A DNA stretch of 64,000 nt from Ginglymostoma cirratum. Lineage: Eukaryota. Both the position numbers and the translations under genes were made by a program. A model generated the notes under the pieces. The model was not told the DNA's origin. It searched no databases and saw only the letters and a program-made list of their open reading frames with translations. The DNA lies in contig JAHRHZ010000025.1 of assembly GCA_024137785.1 (NCBI GenBank), positions 18,331,787 to 18,395,786 on the forward strand, in the 5' to 3' direction. Of this stretch, positions 61,076 to 64,000 are shown one piece after another. The number at the start of each line of letters is the position of its first letter. The stretch's first letter is position 1.

Positions 61076-64000
61076 GTTTGAAGCATTTTGCTGTGTCCTC
61101 ACCAACGTTTCCTCTAAGCTACGTGGCTGCACAGCCACATGAAGGGTGTGGACGCACAGATATACGTGCCACACATCGACTTCCAGTACCACAAGCTACT
61201 GCTGTGCGTGGACCTCAGAGGTTTGCACAATGGCAGAAAAGGTGAGAGGGAACATCGCTCACCCCACATCCACATACAGGTATTCCACAGCAGAATAGCA
61301 AACAGACAGCCAAAGGGGCAATTCTAACCTAATTTACCAAGTGTGAACACTGTCCAATATTGCCTTCACCAAATTCAACAGAAGTGTGGACTGGTTTAGA
61401 TGTAAAGCAATGCTTCACCTGATCCTGTTAGGTTATCTGTGGGTGGTCTGGGTTAAAACTGCCCCCAGTGTCAAATCCCTAATGTTAAAGCAAGATGATC
61501 ACAGTTGACAAGTTTAATATATTCTTATTTTTAAAGCAGTGTTAACTTACATATACTGTGGCAGATACAGGAAGAGTTTTATTTAGGAGATGAGGATTTC
61601 TTTCGAAGATATTTTGTTCCCTTTTGGTTTTGCATCTTCCAACAATGAAAGTTGGTCAGAAGGATTCTGGAACTACTCTCTTTCCCCATCAGTCACACTG
61701 AAATTGCTAAATGGTGTGGGCATATTCTTCTGTATCACGGCATCATGGTGTCGAGGATTGCTAGCCCCATCCCTTCTTACAACTTCCTAACCTGATAATG
61801 TTACTTCATATTAGGGTTTTAGCAAAAAACAGTGGAGCTGGCTCTCACACTGCCACAGGCTTGCAACATGCTTCGATCATTCAGTATCGGTGTCAAAAAC
61901 ACATCTGGTGAAGTTTACAAAAGGTCTTGGTGAACCAAACAACTTGCAGGTTAAAATGCTGCATTAACCCTGTATTCTAAACTACTATCTAAACTGGCAT
62001 TTCAAGTCTGAGGAAGAGGAGTATGTGATACTGTAATTCTAAAACATTTACTGCACATATTAACAATTAAAACCATACACTGATTAGTAGCACACTAAGA
62101 GGGAACATAAGGAGCAGGGGGCAGCGATCCAGTCATCCCAAGCTAACTCTACTGTTTAGTTATTTACGGCTGAACAATATGTAAACTCAATTATCTACAA
62201 TAAACTCCATGTCCCTTGATATCTTTTAAAAACAATAAAAGTATCAGTCCTGTCAGCTTCAAATATAGGAGCAATCAAAACTTTTCTTTTGTGGCGGGGC
62301 GGGGGGAGCATTCTGCATTTTGACTGCCCTCTGAAAACTCAACCCATGCAATGGTCAAATTCTTTACTTAATTGTGAGACGCATGAAGAAAGTTCTTGCT
62401 CATTGTGCACGGCTGCAAAACTAACCTGAAAAATTCTTCATTCAGCTCCGCAGTGTAAAACACAATTTAATCTCAGATTGGAGATGAAATAGCAGCTCAA
62501 AGGATTGAGAAACCATAGAACAAAACTTCTCCACAACTGGCATTAGTTCAGGAATTCCCAAGCCCAATTAGCCAAGTGCTGTAAACAGCAGCACAGCAGA
62601 CAAAATGGTGCTAGACACGTTAGAGTCTGCAGTCACAGCAAAATGACAGCAACTTGGTGCTGGTGAAGATTTGGAACAATTATTGAATGGAAAATTGGAA
62701 CTTGCTGCATTATACTCGGGAGTTGTCTTTGAATAGAAAAATCAGATCACGCACGAAAAAAAATCTGATAGTCATTCTCTAATGTAACAACCTAAAGTAG
62801 GAAAAGCCATCTTTGGACTACGGTCAGGCTGAAAATTAGTCTTCACATACAGAGCCAATGCAGGGGAATTGCATTGGTTGGCAGGGTTACCAGCCTGGAA
62901 AACAAAAAGTGTGTACATTGAAATAATAATAAATAAAAAAGGACTTCTAAGGTGTTAAACTGCCAAAAAAAAATGCAGCTCATGGAGAGAAGTTGTAGGT
63001 TTTAGTGCCTTAGATTGTTGCACCCTGAATCAGAGGATCATGAATTCCAGCCCCAGTCCATTCACATTACATAGGGCCAGCGCTCTCCAAAGCTTATTCT
63101 TGTGATGCCTCAGTGAAATCTAAGAGAGCAGAAGCCTATCAAGGATAATGCACAGTTGTTATAACTTGGTCAGAGTCCACAACAGCCATTGCTGCCTCAG
63201 ATTATAACCAATGTTTCAGCTTGCAATGAGACAAGTGCACAGCCTCACTTTAGCATACCTGATCTTGGCTATCTTTTGGATGTGATGCTAAATTGAGACA
63301 CTGTCAGCCAGAAAGAGGTTTGTCAGACTATTCATTCTTATGGTACTCATATCAGCTGCTTTGTTTCACTATATTACACTGTCATATTACTGCATTGCAA
63401 AATTACTGGCATGGAACTGCTCCGAGACTTTTGAGTTAGAGAAACATGTGAGAAAAATAAAAAACTTTCACTTCATACCTATACATTTTGTGGCTTGATT
63501 TAACAACACTAAAAGAGAACATAAAACAACCTCACAATCAACAGTGAAAGCTAAACCCAGACATGTTTTTCTCCAGATTAACTCCAGCTTGGCAGAATTA
63601 AAAATCATTGTCACAGTGTAAACTATCCAATTACAGAAGAATAATACATCTATCACAAAGTATCATGACACTAAAAAGAACTTTTTAAAATTACATAGAC
63701 AATTTGTATTTAGATGCCCCTTTAAGACGTAGAGATATAAGCATTGAGGCAAATCCAGAGAAGGACATTTTTAAGAGCTACGACTAAATGCTTAGGGCAA
63801 AGGGGTGAGCTTGAGATGGGGTGGCCTCCTCAAAGATGATGCAGGAGGTGTATGGATTAGGGAGACAAAATCAGATCAGACCTTGGTGGCTAAAGGCAGG
63901 GCATCCTGCAGCAACAGAAGAGGGGATTGTTAATTCCCAATTCACAGTTCACAGCCAAGCAACAGTCAGATTGGTGGCAAGATAGTGATGGGATAGTGGA

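Noticed and set aside
63815-63850. ATCATCTTTGAGGAGG on the minus strand resembling the upstream HIVEP 'KIFEGG' exon end
   Set aside because: Reads IIFEEA, has no GT donor and looks like repeat sequence; the preceding exon is probably beyond 64000.

Overview
Vertebrate genomic DNA, almost certainly elasmobranch (shark), judged from HE1-type V-SINEs, Deu-domain SINEs, abundant CR1 LINEs and Penelope-like pseudo-LTR hairpins. The only supportable host gene is the 3' part of a Schnurri/HIVEP zinc-finger gene on the minus strand, best matching HIVEP3. It has four coding exons (53225-53400, 44310-44408, 35399-36528, 30557-31534) with consistent GT-AG boundaries and phases, about 793 codons in all. 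They encode the second C2H2 finger pair, the acidic tract, a 28-unit S-P-x-R/K hexapeptide array and the conserved DYVFSHLPLHSQ C-terminal motif. A TE-free 3' UTR of about 2.7 kb follows; upstream exons lie beyond the window. The rest is decayed transposable elements, and nearly all short ORFs in the track are noise. The most notable non-genic signal is a set of minimal hammerhead-ribozyme motifs in Penelope-like repeats. One has an intact core in the loop of a perfect 43-bp hairpin, and a near-identical copy lies in sense orientation inside a HIVEP3 intron. There is also a 179-bp local inverted templated copy and a 113-bp direct duplication flanking a LINE piece. I found no evidence for a wholly new multi-gene system. 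Repeat family names and boundaries are by eye and from memory, not from a database search.
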